DNA of 64,000 nucleotides from Lama glama (GCA_028534125.1 CM052818.1:28708001-28772000); one strand, 5' to 3'. Positions 14,011 to 27,862 are shown, counted from the first letter of the stretch. Notes: generated by a model not told the origin, from the letters alone. Numbers and translations are program-made.

Positions 14011-14904
14011 ATGAACAAGATGAAGAAGCAAGAAACCATTCCCAATTAAAAGCACAAGAGAAATCCTCTGAAAGAATGATCAATGAAATAGACGTCGATA
14101 GCCTACTAGATGAAGATTTCAAAAAAGGAGTGATCAAAGTACTGAAGGAACTAAAATAGATAGTGTTTAGAGATATAAAATATATCAAAAATGAAATGGA
14201 AGCTATAAAGTAGAGCCAAGTAGAATTTGTAAAGTTCTTGGCTGAGATGAGAATGGATCTAAAGGCTGTGCAAAGCAAACTAGATAATGTAGAGGAATGA
14301 ATAAGTGACCTAGAAGACAGGACAACAGAAAGGACCCAATCAGAACAGCTATGAGATAAACAAATGAAAATAGCATAAGGGACTTATGGGATAATATAAC
14401 GCATGCCAATCTTCACATAATAAGGGTCCCAGAAGTGGAAGAAAGATCAAAGGGGATTGAAACCATATTGGAAGAAGTCATGACTGAAAACTTCCCAAAC
14501 TTAAACACGGCATCAGATATCCAAGTACAGGAATCTCAGAGGGTCCCAAACAGGAAGAACCCAAACAGACCCACATCAAGACATAGCATAATCAAGATGG
14601 CCAGAGTCAAGAATAAAGAAATGATCCTAAAGGCAGCAAGAGAAAAGCAAAGAGTGAGTTACAAGAGAACCCCCATAAGGCTCTCAGCGGATTTCTCTAC
14701 ATAAATACTACAGGCCAAAAGAGAGTGGCAAGATATATTCAAAGTCCTGAATGATAAAAAGATGCAGCCTAGGATACTCTATCCAGCAAGGCTATCCTTT
14801 AGGATAGAAGGAGACATAAAGAATTTCATAGAAAAGAAAAAACTACAAGAGTTTAACAATACTAAACTCATCCTAAAAGAAATATTGACAGGTCTATACT
14901 CTAA
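14011..14904 (+). pseudogene. L1 ORF1p (RNA-binding/chaperone), disrupted
   Basis: ATG at 14011. Fragment EEVMTENFPNL...IQVQESQRVPNRKNPNRPTSRHSIIKM...ILKAAREKQRVSYKRTPIRLSADFST. Multiple stops and frameshifts; end coordinate approximate. Confidence 0.9.
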
Positions 14905-15302
14905 AAAGAAAAGCAGCAGGATGCTACACAATTGAGAAACTCACAACTGGAAAGGTGATAACTCATGAATTACAAATAAAATAAACACAAAATTGTAAAA
15001 CAAGATATCTAAATCATTGAGAGTGTGAGAGGAAGGCAGGAAAATACAGAATATTTTTTTTTCTCTTTTTTAATTTTTTGTTCTCGGTAGGATGGGTTTG
15101 AGATCATGTTACTATCAGTTTAATAAAAACAGTTATAGTAATGGGCTAATAGACTTACAAAAAACCACAAGCAAAAACGTACAAGGGAGTCACAAAATCT
15201 AAATAAAACCCATGATAATACAAAGAAAAATTACCAAACCACAAAAGCAAGAAGAAAGGAACAAAGAGGAAATACCAAATCAACTGCAAAGATAAGTTCA
15301 AA

Positions 15303-18300
15303 ATGGCAATAAACATACATCTATCATTAATTACTGTAAATGTTAATGGACTAAATGCTCCAGTCAAAAGACATAGAGTGGCAGACTGGATAATAAAACA
15401 AGAACCTCCAATATGCTGCCTACAACAGACCCACTTTACGGAGAAGGACACATATAGATTAAGAACGAAAGGATGGAAAAGGATATTCCATGTAAATGGA
15501 AAAGCCAAAAAAGCAGGTGTTGCAGTACTGACTTCAGACAAAACAGACTTTAAAACAAAGGCCATAAAAAAAGATAAAGAAGGACATTTTATAATGATTA
15601 AAGGAGTAATACAAGATGAGCATAACACACTCATTAATAGCATATAGCACCCAATATAGGCGCACCTAAGTACATAAAACAATTACTAACAGAGATAAAG
15701 GGGGATATTGATGGGAATACACTCATAGTTGGAGACTTTAACACTGCATTAACATCACTAGACAGATCTTCCAAACAGAAAATAAAAAAGGCAACAGAGA
15801 AATTAAATAATACAATAGAAAAATTAGATTTGGTGGATATTTTCAGAGCATTACAGCCCCCCAAAATAGGATATACATTCTTTTCAAGTGCACATGGAAC
15901 ATTCTCTAGGATTGATCATGTACTTGGGCACTAAAAAAGCCGCAACAATTTTAAGAAGATAGAAATTATCTCAAGCATCTTTACTGACCACAATGCCATG
16001 AAACGAGAAATCAACAACAGAGAAATAAAGGAGAAAAAAAGGAAAGCATGGAGATTAAACAATATGCTATTAAAAAACCAAAGGGTCAATGAGGAAATCA
16101 AAGCTGAAATTAAAAAATACCTTAAGACAAATGAAAATGAAAGCAGAACCACACAAAATTCATGGGAAACAGCAAAGGCAGTGCTAAGAGGGAAGTTTAT
16201 AGCGATACAGGCCTTCCTCAAAAAAGAACCATCTCAAATAAACAATTTAACTCAGCAACTAAAAGAACTAGGAAAAGAAGAACAAAAAACCCCAAAAGGC
16301 AGCAGAAGGGAGGAAATGAATATAATAGAGATTTAAAAAGCTATGGAAAAAACCCAATCAAACCAAACGCTGTTTTTTTGAAAAAGTAAGTAAAATTGAC
16401 AAACCTCTGGCAAACTCACAAAGAAGAAAAAAAAGAGAGCATAAATTAGCAAAATAAGAAAGGAAAATGGAGAAATTACAACAAATAAAATAGAAATACA
16501 GAATATCATACGAGATATTATGAAAAACTTTATGGAACCAAACTGTATAACCTAGAGGAGATGGACAAGTTTCTGGAAACACATAGTCCACCAAGACTGA
16601 ATCAAGAAGAAACTGACCACTTGAACAAACGGATCACTAGAAATGAAATCGAAATAGCAATTAAAAACCGCCCTACAAATAAAAGTCCAGGACTGGACAG
16701 GGAATTCTACCAAACATACAAAGAAGAACTCATACCAGTCCTTCTCAAACTCTTCCAGACGACTGAAAAGGAGGGAATACTCCCAAACTCATTCTATGAA
16801 GCCACCATCACCCTGATACCAAAACCAAGCAAAGACACTACAAAAAAAGAGAATTATAGGCCAATATCACTCATGGACATAGACGCCAAAATCCTCACCA
16901 AAATACTAGCAAATAGAATCGAATAACACATAAAAAAGATCACACATCATGACTAAGTGGGGTTCATCCCAGGGACACAAGGGCGGTTCAACATACACAA
17001 TTCAATCAATGTAATACATCACATCAACAAGAGAAAGGACAAAAACCATATGATCATCTCAAGAGATGCAGAAAAAGCATTTGATAAAATTCAACACCCA
17101 TTTATGATTAAAACTCTCACCAAAGTGGGTATAGAGGGAACGTAGCTCAACATAATAAAAAGCTATCTATGACAAACTTACAGCAAGCATAGTACTCAAC
17201 AGTGAAAAATTCAAAAGCTTCCACTAAAATCTGGGACAAGACAAGGATGCCCACTATCACCACTCATATTCAACATAGTCTTGGAAGTCCTAGCCACAGC
17301 AATCAGGCAAGAGAAAGAAATAAAAGCGATCCAAATTGGAAAAGAAGAGGTAAAAGTGTCACTATATGCCAATGACATGTTACTATATATAGAAGACCCT
17401 AAAAGGTCCACACAAAAACTACTAGAGCTGATTGAAGAATTCAGCAAGGTAGCAGGTTACAAGATTAATGTTCAAAAATCAGTTGCATTTCTTTACACTA
17501 ACGAGGAATCAATAGAAAAAGAAAGTAAAGAAACAATCCTCTTTAAAATAGCACCCAAAGTAACAAAATACCTAGGAATAAATCTAACCAAGGAGGTGAA
17601 AGACTTATACACAGAAAACTATAAACCATTGATGAAGGAAATTAAAGAAGACTTTAAAAAATGGAAAGATATTCCATGCTCTTGGACTGGAAGAATCAAT
17701 ATTGTTAAAATGGTCACACTGCCCAAGGCCATCTACAGATTTCATGCAATCCCTTTCACATTACCCAGAGCATATTTCACAGAACTAGAACAAATCAAAT
17801 AAAATTTATATGGAACCATCAAAGACCTAGAATTGCTAAAGCATTACTGAAAAGAAAGAAAGAAAGGCTGGAGGAATAACTCTCCCAGACTTCAGACAAT
17901 ACTATAGAGCTACAGTCATCAAGACAGCATGGTATTGGTACCAAAACAGACATACAGACCAATGGAACAGAATAGAGAGCCCAGAAATGAACCCACAAAC
18001 TTTTGGTCAGCTCATCTTCGACAAAGGAGGCAAGAATATACAATGGAATATAGACAGTCTCTTCAGCAAATGGTGCTGGGAAAACTGGACAGCAGCATGT
18101 AAAACAATGAAGCTAGAACACTCCCTTACACCATATACAAAAATACACTCAAAATGGATCAAAGACTTAAACATAAGACAAGATACAATAAACCTCCTAG
18201 AAGAAAATATAGGTAAAACATTATTTGATGTACATCTCAAAAACGTTCTCCTAGAACAGTATACTCAAGCAATAGAAATTAAAGCAAGAATAAACAAATG

Positions 18301-19170
18301 AGACCTAATGAAACTTACAATCTTCTGCACAGCAAAGGAAGCCATAAGTAAAACAAAAAGACAACCTATGGAATGGGAGAAAATTTTTGCAAATGAAACC
18401 AACAAAGGCTTGATCCCCTTAATATGTAAGCAGCTTATACGACTTAATAAATCACAGAGAAATAAATGTGACAATGAGTGTGTATATGTCCATGAATGAC
18501 TGAAAAATTGTGCTGAACACTGGAATTTGACACAACACTGTAAAATGATTATGAATCAATAAAAAATGTTAAAAAAAAAAAAAGAAAAGAAACAAACGAA
18601 CAACCCAATCCAAAAATGGGCAAAAGACCTAAACAAGCAATTCTCCAAGGAAGACATAAAAATGATCAATAGGCACATGAAAAAATGCTCAGTATCACTA
18701 ATTATCAGAGAAATGCAAATCAAAACTACAATGAGATATCACCTCACACCAGTCAGAACGGCCGTCATTCAAAAATCCAAAAATGACAAATGCTGGAGAG
18801 GCTGTGGAGAAAAGGGAACCCTCCTACACTATTGGTGGGAATGAAGTTTGGTGCAGCCACTGTGGAAAACAGTATGGAGATTCCTCAAAAGACCAGGAAT
18901 AGACTTACCTTATGACCCAGGAATCCCACTCCTGGGCATATATCCAGAAGGAACCCTATTTCAAAATGACATCTGCACCCCAATGTTCACAGCAGCACTA
19001 TTTATAATAGCCAAGACATGGAAACAGTCTAAATGTCCATCAACAGATGATTGGGTAAAGAAGAAGTGGTATATTTATGCAACGGAATACTACTCAGCCA
19101 TGAAAACCTGACAACGTAATGCCATTTGCAGCAACATGGATGCTCCTGGAGAATGTCATTTTAAGTGAAG
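15303..19170 (+). pseudogene. L1 ORF2p (endonuclease / reverse transcriptase / Cys-rich), disrupted
   Basis: EN motif SLITVNVNGLNAPVKRHRV; RT motifs [11 protein letters not shown] and KYLGINL; catalytic YADD reads YAND; C-terminal [17 protein letters not shown]. Split into many short ORFs and interrupted by an insertion at 18452-18583. Confidence 0.95.
18452..18583 (+). mobile_element. 5'-truncated L1 3' tail (about 130 bp) nested in ORF2 of the host L1
   Basis: Copy of the L1 terminal sequence with AATAAA and A13, between ORF2 segments 'gacttaataa' and 'gaaaagaaacaaacgaacaacccaatcc'. Two mismatches vs 35948-36063. Confidence 0.93.
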
Positions 19171-19949
19171 TAAGCCAGAAAGAGAAAGAAAAATACCATA
19201 TGAGATTGCTCATATGTGGAATCTAAACAAAACAAAACAAAACAAAAAAAAGCATAAATACAAAACAAAAATAGACTCATAGATATAGAATACAAACTTG
19301 TGGTTGCCAAGGGGGTGGAGGGTGGGAAGGGATAGACTGGGATTTCAAAATTGTAGAATAGATAAAACAAGATTATACTGTATAGCACAGGGAAATATAC
19401 ATAAAATGTTATAATAACTCACAGAGAAAAAAATGTGACAATGAGTGTGTATATGTTCATGTATAACGGAAAAACTGTGCTCTACACTGGAATTTGACAC
19501 AACATTGGAAAATGATTATAAATCAATAAAAAAATGTTAAAAAAAATTCTGCAGCTGTTCATTTGTCTGGGATCAACTTAATGCTAATTAACACAGTGTT
19601 ATCACATGATGCTATTATTTTTCTGAGCCTTTTATAAACTCAAATCCTGTAATATCAATCATCACATTAGAAGCCAAAGCAGTCATGGTCGTATCCCAGA
19701 GTTTGATTACTTTTACTCTTGTCAGCTTTACCTTTCCAGAAAGATCCTCAGTAATTTAGAGTTCTATTTCCCTTTCAGTATTCCTCAAAAAACTATTTAA
19801 TATGGAACAGGTCTTACCCAACCCACCCTGTTTTCACTTTTAGTTTAAGAATGGGGGGGGGTGGTGGAGGGAGATTTAATTATCACAGAAAATAAAGACA
19901 CTTGGGAAATTGCAGACAGTGTATCAGACTTAAAAGGTTGCATATTATA

Positions 19950-21230
19950 CTTACGATATTACTTCAGCTGTATGTAACATAGACCCAAAACTAGTTAAAC
20001 AATACGAAAGTTAGAGAAATGCAAATCAAACTGCAATGAGGTATCACCTCACATGTCAGAATGGCCATAATTCAAAAGTCCACAAACAATAAATGCTGGA
20101 GAGGGTGTGGAGAAAAGGGATCCCTCCTACACTGCTGGTGGGAATGTAATTTGGTGCAGTCACTATGGAAAACAGTATGGAGATTCCTTAAAAAACTAAA
20201 AACAGAGTTACCATATGAACCAGTGATCCCACTCCTAGGTATATACCTGAAGAAAACTAATTTGAAAAGATAACATGCACTTCAATGTACATAGCTGCAC
20301 TACTTACAACAGTCAATAAGTGAAAGCAACACAAATGTCCATCGACAGATAACTGGATAAAAGAAGTTGTGGTGTGTGTACATGTGTGTTTGTATAATAT
20401 ATATATACACATACATACACACAATGGAATACTACTCAGCTATAAGAAAGAATGAAATAATGCCATTTGCAGAAATATGGATGGACCTAGAGATTATCAT
20501 AATGAAGTGAGTCAGACAAAGACAAATATCATGATATCACTTATATATGAAATTAAAAAAATGATACAAATGAACTTATTTACAAAAGAGAAAGAGACAG
20601 ACATAGAAAGCAAATTTATGGTTACCAAAAGAGAAAGAGGGGAAAGGGTAAATTAGGAGTTTCGGATTAGGAGATACAAAACTATATAATAGATAAACAA
20701 CAAGGTTCTAATTTATACTACAGGGAACTACTTTCAGTATCTTGTAATACCCTAAAATGAAAAAAAATGAAAAAAAATATATAAAACTGAATCACTATAC
20801 TGTACACCAGAAACTAATACAACAATGTAAATTAACTAAACTACAATTTTAAAAGGTAAATGAATGAATGAATAAATAAATAAACAAAGCAGAAATATTT
20901 TATGCTCTCATACAACAGTTTGGTATAATTGCTGTGCTACATACATGTGGTCATTTAAGGGTCCTGGTGCTTTGCCTTTCCTAGGGTGCCTTCTTGGTTC
21001 AGGTGGTGGTATAACCACATTCATGTTCCAAGTAACAGCATGGAGGCAGGGTTTAAGAAAGGAATCTCTCCCTTTTAGAACATGAGTTCAAAGTTTCATG
21101 CTTCACTTCTGCTAACAAGTTATTTTCCAGAATTTAGTCTGGTTGTTCATGTGACAGCTAAAAACAGTTGACTCTATTTCTATGAGGAGGAAGTTGTAAG
21201 TTATTGGAAGACAACAGTCAATCTCTGTTA
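19950..21230 (-). mobile_element. MLT1J/K-like MaLR solo LTR, split by the L1 at 20013-20883
   Basis: 'ttcagctgtatgtaacatagacccaaaa' on the left; 'cttcacttctgctaacaagttattttccagaatttagtc...ttattggaagacaacagtcaatctctg' on the right. Confidence 0.55.
20013..20883 (+). mobile_element. 5'-truncated L1 (ORF2 C-terminus plus 3'UTR), older subfamily
   Basis: [50 protein letters not shown]1 3'UTR; (TGAA)/(TAAA)n tail; only a degraded TSD (taaacaa). Confidence 0.92.
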
Positions 21231-22629
21231 ATTTCCATTTTCACTAAAAAGTTATTTGTGTGTGTGTGTGCATGTGTGTCCATGTGTATTTCTAATTTCC
21301 TACAATTAAGAGAGGATGTAGAGGAAACCAAGATAGAAATATTGCTTAACAATTCTGACTTCTATGTAAGATGAAGCCTTGGGTCATTGCTGAGACATCT
21401 GCTCCTAGTGGGTACCCTCATCATTAACTGCTCAGGAATCACTGAATCTGTTCCTTACTTCCTTTTAATGCTCCAGACAAAACACCATTTTCATTTGGTC
21501 TCAAAAGTTGCCATTTTTAATTTTTCCTACTCATTGATGCAGGGAGCAGCATTTTCCAGTTTTTTATGGCTTTCACAGAAGGGGGATGTTTGCTTCATCT
21601 TCCAGAGGTACTAAACGTGTTTGTCATGGTCTACTTGTTTCCTTACTGGACTTTATCCATTTAATTATTTTCTTTCCTCCTACAATCTCTCTTCCCTCTC
21701 CTTCCCTCTCTCCTTTCTCGATGCCCTCTCCACCAGGCCCCTGTCTCTTTCTTTCTCTCTCTCACACACACACAAACACACCTGTAGCTATTAATGGGAG
21801 TAGCTGCAATTTTCACTTTTATGTTATCAAATGACTTAGGATGAAGGGTGGGGGATAGGAATCATTAGCCATTTATAACTCAGCAAAGCCTGACATGAGT
21901 TCTGGAGCTGCCCCAAGTTAAATGTTTAGTGATGAGAAGTCAAACAGTTTTCTCCATTCTCATCCTCTTCTGTGCATTCTTAATAACCTTAATCATTCTT
22001 TTAGCCCATTTACTGTAGCATGAGAAGGTATGAGAGTGAAAGCCTAAAAGATATCTATGTTTAAAAATTCTTTAATCTTAAATAAATATGGACCTATAAA
22101 TTAGAAAAACTGGCCAGCAAAATATGAAGGAGGAAAATATTAAGGCTTAAGCACAGCTCTAATGTATGCATACCAAAAGTATGGAAAAAGAACTCTTTAA
22201 GAATTACGAATCTTTAGGAAGAACTGATCACAATTAAGAAATCTTGGTTCAGTACCTAAAATAATTCAGAAAGATCTGTATTTGTAACTTCCTACGGAAA
22301 AACTGGTGTCATCTACATATTTTTCAGAGAAACCAAGTAGGCATTACAGAAGTATAGATTATTTTCAATATCCAAGTCAGTTTTAAGCTTCAGACATAGT
22401 TTCCAGATGGTGGTTTCATTTCAGCACTATCTACTTAGAATATTTTTAGTATGTCCATGAAAATGTAATACAGACTTCTGAACGAAAATGTAATTTTCCC
22501 ATAAAAGTTATGGTCTATGAAGATATGTCACATTTCCAACTTATGAAATGCTTAAATTATAGTGATTTACTATATCTACTACAAACGGCCTAAGACACAG
22601 TCCAATATGATAACTCATATAGGTTTGAA

Positions 22630-23085
22630 GACTGGGTTACCTAGCTACAGAACTTGAGTCAGGGATTCAGGTGCACATGACTTAGTGAGGAAGTATGATT
22701 CAAGAACAGCCGTCAAAGAAAAGAGGAAAGCAGGAACAAAGATGTGGTCTTACACAGAAAACAAACTTATGGTTACAAGGGGGAAAGGGCTAGGGGGATG
22801 TGGAGGAATAAATCGGGAGTTCAGGATTTGCAGATACTAACTACTATACTTAAAATAGATAAACAATAAGGTCCTACTGTATAGCACAGGGAACTATATT
22901 CAATACCTTGTAATAGCCTATAGTGAAAAAGAATATGAAAAGGAATATTATATTAAAAATTAACACAACACTATAAGTTGATTATACTGCAGTTAAAAAA
23001 AAAAAAGGATGTGGTCTCAGGTAAAGTCAAGCTTTGACCTAATCATTGAGAATCTCTGGACTCTAACAGTTCTTACTCTACAGGT
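22630..23085 (-). mobile_element. LTR16-like ERVL LTR remnant, split by an L1 tail
   Basis: 'gggttacctagctacagaacttgagtcagggattcaggtgcacatgacttagtgaggaagt' resembles antisense LTR16; directly adjacent to ERVL internal sequence. Confidence 0.5.
22751..23004 (+). mobile_element. 5'-truncated L1 3'UTR with TSD
   Basis: 'aacaaacttatggttacaaggggg...ctactgtatagcacagggaactatattcaatacc' plus A-tail. TSD aaagatgtggtct (22738-22750) / aaggatgtggtct (23005-23017). Confidence 0.92.
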
Positions 23086-23099
23086 CAAGGAACCAGTAT

Positions 23100-24190
23100 A
23101 AAGGTTTTATCAATGCTAAGTATATTTCAACTGTATATTGGGTAACAGGGAAATGACCATTGGATGTGTTCCTATATCCAGTGTACCTACAGTGAGATGA
23201 ACCTGGGCCCAAAGTCTATTATCTGACTTATCTGTGCCTGTTCTGAGATGGTGCTTTGGGTCCCTGAGTATCAAAGTCAATTTAGACTCCATATCTAACA
23301 ACCCTTGAGAGGTCTAGTTGGTCCTGTTTTCTCAGTGTATGGTTTCCAAAGTAAACAGCTGTAGGTCTTCCCAGGACTAGGTGAGTCATTACTGTTTATC
23401 TTTGTCTTGTTGCATGGTTCTTCCTCACCTGTCTTGCTTGGGTTTTCCTTCAGTCAATGGTTTCTGGGTCTGATAACAGGACCAATTTTTAAAACAAATC
23501 AAGAGTTAGTGATTTTCTCTTGGGGCAGCTGATCTCAGCATTTTGTTGATCTAACCTTGAACTCTGTGGTTATATATACTAAGCAATATCCTCATTGGAT
23601 GCCCATCTATCTTCTCCCTAGAAATAGTACTGTCTACTATCCATCTCCATAGATCCTTGTAGATGCTATTCTAACTTTTCTGCCCATAAAGGTAACCATG
23701 TCCTCACTGCTTTAGACATTTAAGAGCTAGCAACTGGCCTCTGCTACTGTAAGATCCCAGCGTCTACTACTATCAGCCCTGGCCTACAGAGAACAGGCAT
23801 TACTATGCTTCTCATTGATGTCAGTGCCCACCACCTCCTCACCAGAACATTACATATTGTGATAATAAATGGAGTGTCTGCTGAGGCCCTCTGCAGATAC
23901 ACAGTCAGCTGTTAGTCTTATATAGTGGACGTCATACATGTTTCTTTGGACCTTTTCATTCCATCCTCCATGGTCTAATATGGCAGTTCTGGAATCTCTT
24001 CCAAATCTCTGTGAATTTTCATAGCAGAATATTAAAACTGGCCCCCAGGGGCCTTGTCAGGGTGTTAAATCCTGTGTCACAGGAGAATTTTCTCATATTG
24101 ACAAACTCTCCCTTACTATCTTTATATTCTGCCCTCCTTGATCCAGTACTCTCAGGTTTAGTATTTGCAAGTTTAATTGCTAATGGTGCC
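23100..24190 (-). mobile_element. ERVL (class III) internal gag-pro remnant
   Basis: ORF 23116-23301 LDMESKLTLILRDPKHH...AQVHLTVGTLDIGTHPMVIS resembles ERVL protease (LDTGSELTLIPGDPK...LAQVHLTVGP...THPVVIS). A gag-like segment lies near 23850-23900. Confidence 0.75.
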
Positions 24191-27189
24191 TGAGTTACCC
24201 ATGATATGTATTCAATCAACATCAAATGAACACCTAGGAGTATAAAAACTATGCTAAACATGACTGTAATAAAAGTAAAGTAGTATTAAATAAAATTAAT
24301 GTTGCTGTGAGTGTTTTTGATGCACTCAAAAGACTTTACAGTGGTTTTTTGCTTTGTATTCAAAATTAATATTCAATTTATTACAGTTAGAAATTCAAAG
24401 CCCTACTTCTATGCTAAATCTTTAAGTTTAGCATACAAATCTTATTTTTCTATTTATAAACTGACAAATTTAAGTAATTACTTTCAAAGAACTTTGAATA
24501 ATGTTTGGCTCCTTTTACAAATTTTATTGCATACCCTCAAATATTTCAATCACAATGTGAATTTAATAAAAGTAAATGAATTTCTATTTTAAATTACTTT
24601 AATTGTCTAATTTAGCAAACAAAACCTTCCAGATAATAGCACTAAGTAATTCACATAAATTAAATCAACTTTATAAGTACTGTGAATATAAACTTAGATA
24701 TTTCAAAATAGCGCATAAACTTGGTAAGATTTCAACTTAGAGTCATAAATCTACAATTACAATTTTTTACTCAATTTTACACTTTAAATTGGCCTTACAA
24801 GGTTATTACCCTAATTTATCAAATTCTCTTAAGATTTTAAGCAGATGAAATGACAAATACCTAATATATGTCTTCCTAAGATTAAAAAATTAATTCTAAT
24901 ATTTTAAAAATAAATTTGTTGTTAATTTTAAGTCCCCTGGAGTTGAAATATGTGCAGCCACTAAGGAAAAAAAATTATCTCAGTTAACTGAGGCTATATA
25001 ATCTCTTGAAGATGAGATACAGAGCAGTCAACCTCCAGAGGGGTTTGTTTCAAACCTGGACAATCAGACTGACAACTTTTCTATACTTGAAACTTTTCAG
25101 AACTTCAAAACAATTTATTCTTGTAGCTCACACAATCTACTTTTTATTTCAACTTTTACACAAGTTGATTACTTGATTGAATTTTGCACTGGAGAGGGGT
25201 GGGCTTAAAAACATCTAATATCTTCCTGACTGATTCTAAAGTCCTTGGAATTTAATGGAATTATAGGTTATGTATGTTTGTTTTTCTTTTAATTTAAAGA
25301 CCTTGAGTCTTGGAAGCCTGCACTCCTCTGTGTCCTGAAGATGACATGAATCTTCTGTATATTTTAAATGATTCCAAATGAATTTTGATAGTTCACATTA
25401 AATTTACTTGACTGTGGACGCAACATACAAAGTCCTTCTACTGACAAATAACAAGGTACTACTGCACTAAAGCAATCATTTCTTCATCTGAAAATCCTAC
25501 CACAGCAAATCTGTCTAACTAGCCATTCATTCATTCATCCACTGATCATTTACCAAAGTCCTCACTGCTATAGAATACCTTCCCAAGGAGAAAATCAACT
25601 AACTGAGAATTTATTGTCTCTTGTTGTGGAGAAACGTGTAAGAAAAGAAGCATTCCAAGTTCTCTCATCTATATGAGAAGAATAATGAATATAAAAGTCT
25701 TTGCACAAGGCTGAGGAATATAGTCAACCTTGAATAAATGGTAGTACAGGTATACCAGAGCAATTCAGATAAAACTGAACTTTGTTTTGAGGTGTATTCC
25801 TGGAAAATGAGCATAATGATTACCTCATCTCTTAGTGAACACTCAGAAATGTGGTGAAGTTGTTTGTTACTTGTTTGTGAGTACGAAGCATTGTAGATTC
25901 ACTCTCAATAGTTTCTTAAATGACAGTGGAACTTGGAGCATCATGGTATTCAGCTGTAGTCTGAATACATGTTTCTATATGTTTGTAGAAACAAAGGAAA
26001 AGCATTCATGAATAAGTATCCACAGAACATTCACTACTTATCCATTACTCAGCACTGTTCTGCACGCTGAGAATACAAGAGTGAACAAAAAAGACCAAAT
26101 TCTTACTTTCATGGAGCTTACATTCTGGTGGCTACAGTTTACAGATGACTAGAGTAGAAGAGGGAGCCAAGAGGGTTAAAAAAATCCTGTAAAAAGTAGA
26201 AAATAAGTTTTTCATGCCTGGTATAACCCACTTTATATGGGAAGTATCATCAGTATCTATGTGTCCCTGTGGTGAACTCTAGAGTATCTTGTGTTGTTTC
26301 TTGTTTTATTTTGTTTTAGTAATCCCAATTAACTTCTATATTTTCCACTGAAGAAAATTTAGAAGACTTTCTTTTGTTCCCTTTCCCCTAATGCATTGTA
26401 ACAACTATAGAGTTAATATATGTGAAAAAGTAATCATGCTATATAACATGAATTATTACTGTGCTGTAATTTGTGTATTGCATACTGCAATACAGCTCTA
26501 TTTCAAAATCTGCTGTACTTTAAAGCATCTTGAACTGATTTCTCTGAATTTTATAGTTTCTATTAAGACTTTTATGTGAATGATTAAAGACATTTGATGA
26601 AAAGTGACTTGAACTGGAATTTATATAATTATTTAATGTTCCTAGGAATTTATTATAATGAATTAATAGTGTTATAGGCTAGCATTGGACTCTACTCATA
26701 CAGTCTTTACTCCATGTTGTTGATCAACAGTGTTATTATAATCCTTACCAGCATGACAGCTGACTAACGTGGTTGATCACTAGCTATTTTGGGGTTTGCA
26801 TCTCTGTGTTTTCCTGGAGAGCTCATACAGCTCGTGTATTATGGGTGCCACACATATTATATTTTCCTTTTTAATGTCTGTGATCGACAGTGATTCAGTC
26901 TTATTGACCATTGCGTTTACTTACGTGATTTTATTTTACATTTTTTTGGTGAGAATATTTAAATTCTACTATCTTCTTAGATGATGTTAAATTTCAAATT
27001 TTATTCAGTGAAGCTGTATTCAAAAGCTTTATTACGAACTCCACATGCAAGGTTTTACCTGACACACAGAGCTAAGAAATTTCCAAACTTGTAGTGTTAC
27101 TAGAACTATTGTAGCTCTGCAGTGTAAGCAGGTAGTTCAATTTGTGAAGTTTAAATCCTGTAAGTGAATCAAATTGATTTAGTCTCAGG

Positions 27190-27656
27190 AGATATGATTT
27201 GTAAATGTTTAGAGCAGCATTATTTGAAATTGCCCAAAAACAGAAATAACACAAACATCCATCAACATGTAAAAAGGTAAACAAAATGTTGTATATGTAG
27301 AACATGAAACATCATTTGATAGTGAAATGAAATGAACTACTGATATCATAGATAACTTGCAAAATCATTACGCTGAGTTAAAGAATAAGAGAAAAATAAA
27401 ATACATACTCTGATTTAACTTATATAAGATGCAAATTAATCCATAATGAAACAAAACAGATCAGTGGTTAAGTGGGGCAAGGGTGGGAGGAGGGATCGAC
27501 TGCAAAGGGATGTGAGGGATCTTCTGGGGCCAATCGAGACATTCTGTTCCATAATGAGGTGGTGGGTTCATTAATGTCTACAATTGACAGGATTCACCAA
27601 ATTGTACACTTCAAATGAATAAATCTATCGCAAATAAATTACTCCTCAATAAAAAA
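27190..27656 (+). mobile_element. Old L1M (MB/ME-like) 3' fragment
   Basis: 'aaatgtttagagcagcattatttgaaattgcccaaaaacagaaataacacaaacatccatcaac' ... 'acagatcagtggtt' ... 'aaattactcctcaataaa'. Confidence 0.8.
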
Positions 27657-27831
27657 TATTACGGAAGACAATTTCTTGAGAGAGTGAAAGAAAATCACAT
27701 ATAAAGCAGATAGTTTGGAATTATCTTCAACATTAAATTCTCAAACTCATTAGTACTTCTTCAACATAAGGAAGAAAAAAGAATTTAGCTCTTTATTCTA
27801 GAAGCCCTATTCTAATGCCTCTCTCTGACAC

Positions 27832-27832
<1 letters not shown>

Positions 27833-27859
<27 letters not shown>
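27833..27859. repeat. (CA)n microsatellite
   Basis: About 13 CA units. Confidence 0.95.

Positions 27860-27862
<3 letters not shown>

Larger units (their letters stand above)
13752..19541 (+). mobile_element. 5'-to-3' complete but inactivated LINE-1 (camelid-type), TSD-flanked
   Basis: Starts GGGGGGA with a YY1-type CAAGATGGCGG; then ORF1, about 400-bp spacer, ORF2, 3'UTR, AATAAA and A-tail. TSD aaaacttctgcagctgtt (13734-13751) vs aaaaattctgcagctgtt (19542-19559), 17/18 identical, at a TTTT/AAAA endonuclease site. Confidence 0.97.

Noticed and set aside
15303..19170. Active reverse transcriptase or novel retroelement system
   Set aside because: Ordinary L1 ORF2 with many stops and frameshifts and YADD mutated to YAND.
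13958..19388. Many minus-strand ORFs up to 175 aa
   Set aside because: Antisense frames of the L1, not independent genes.
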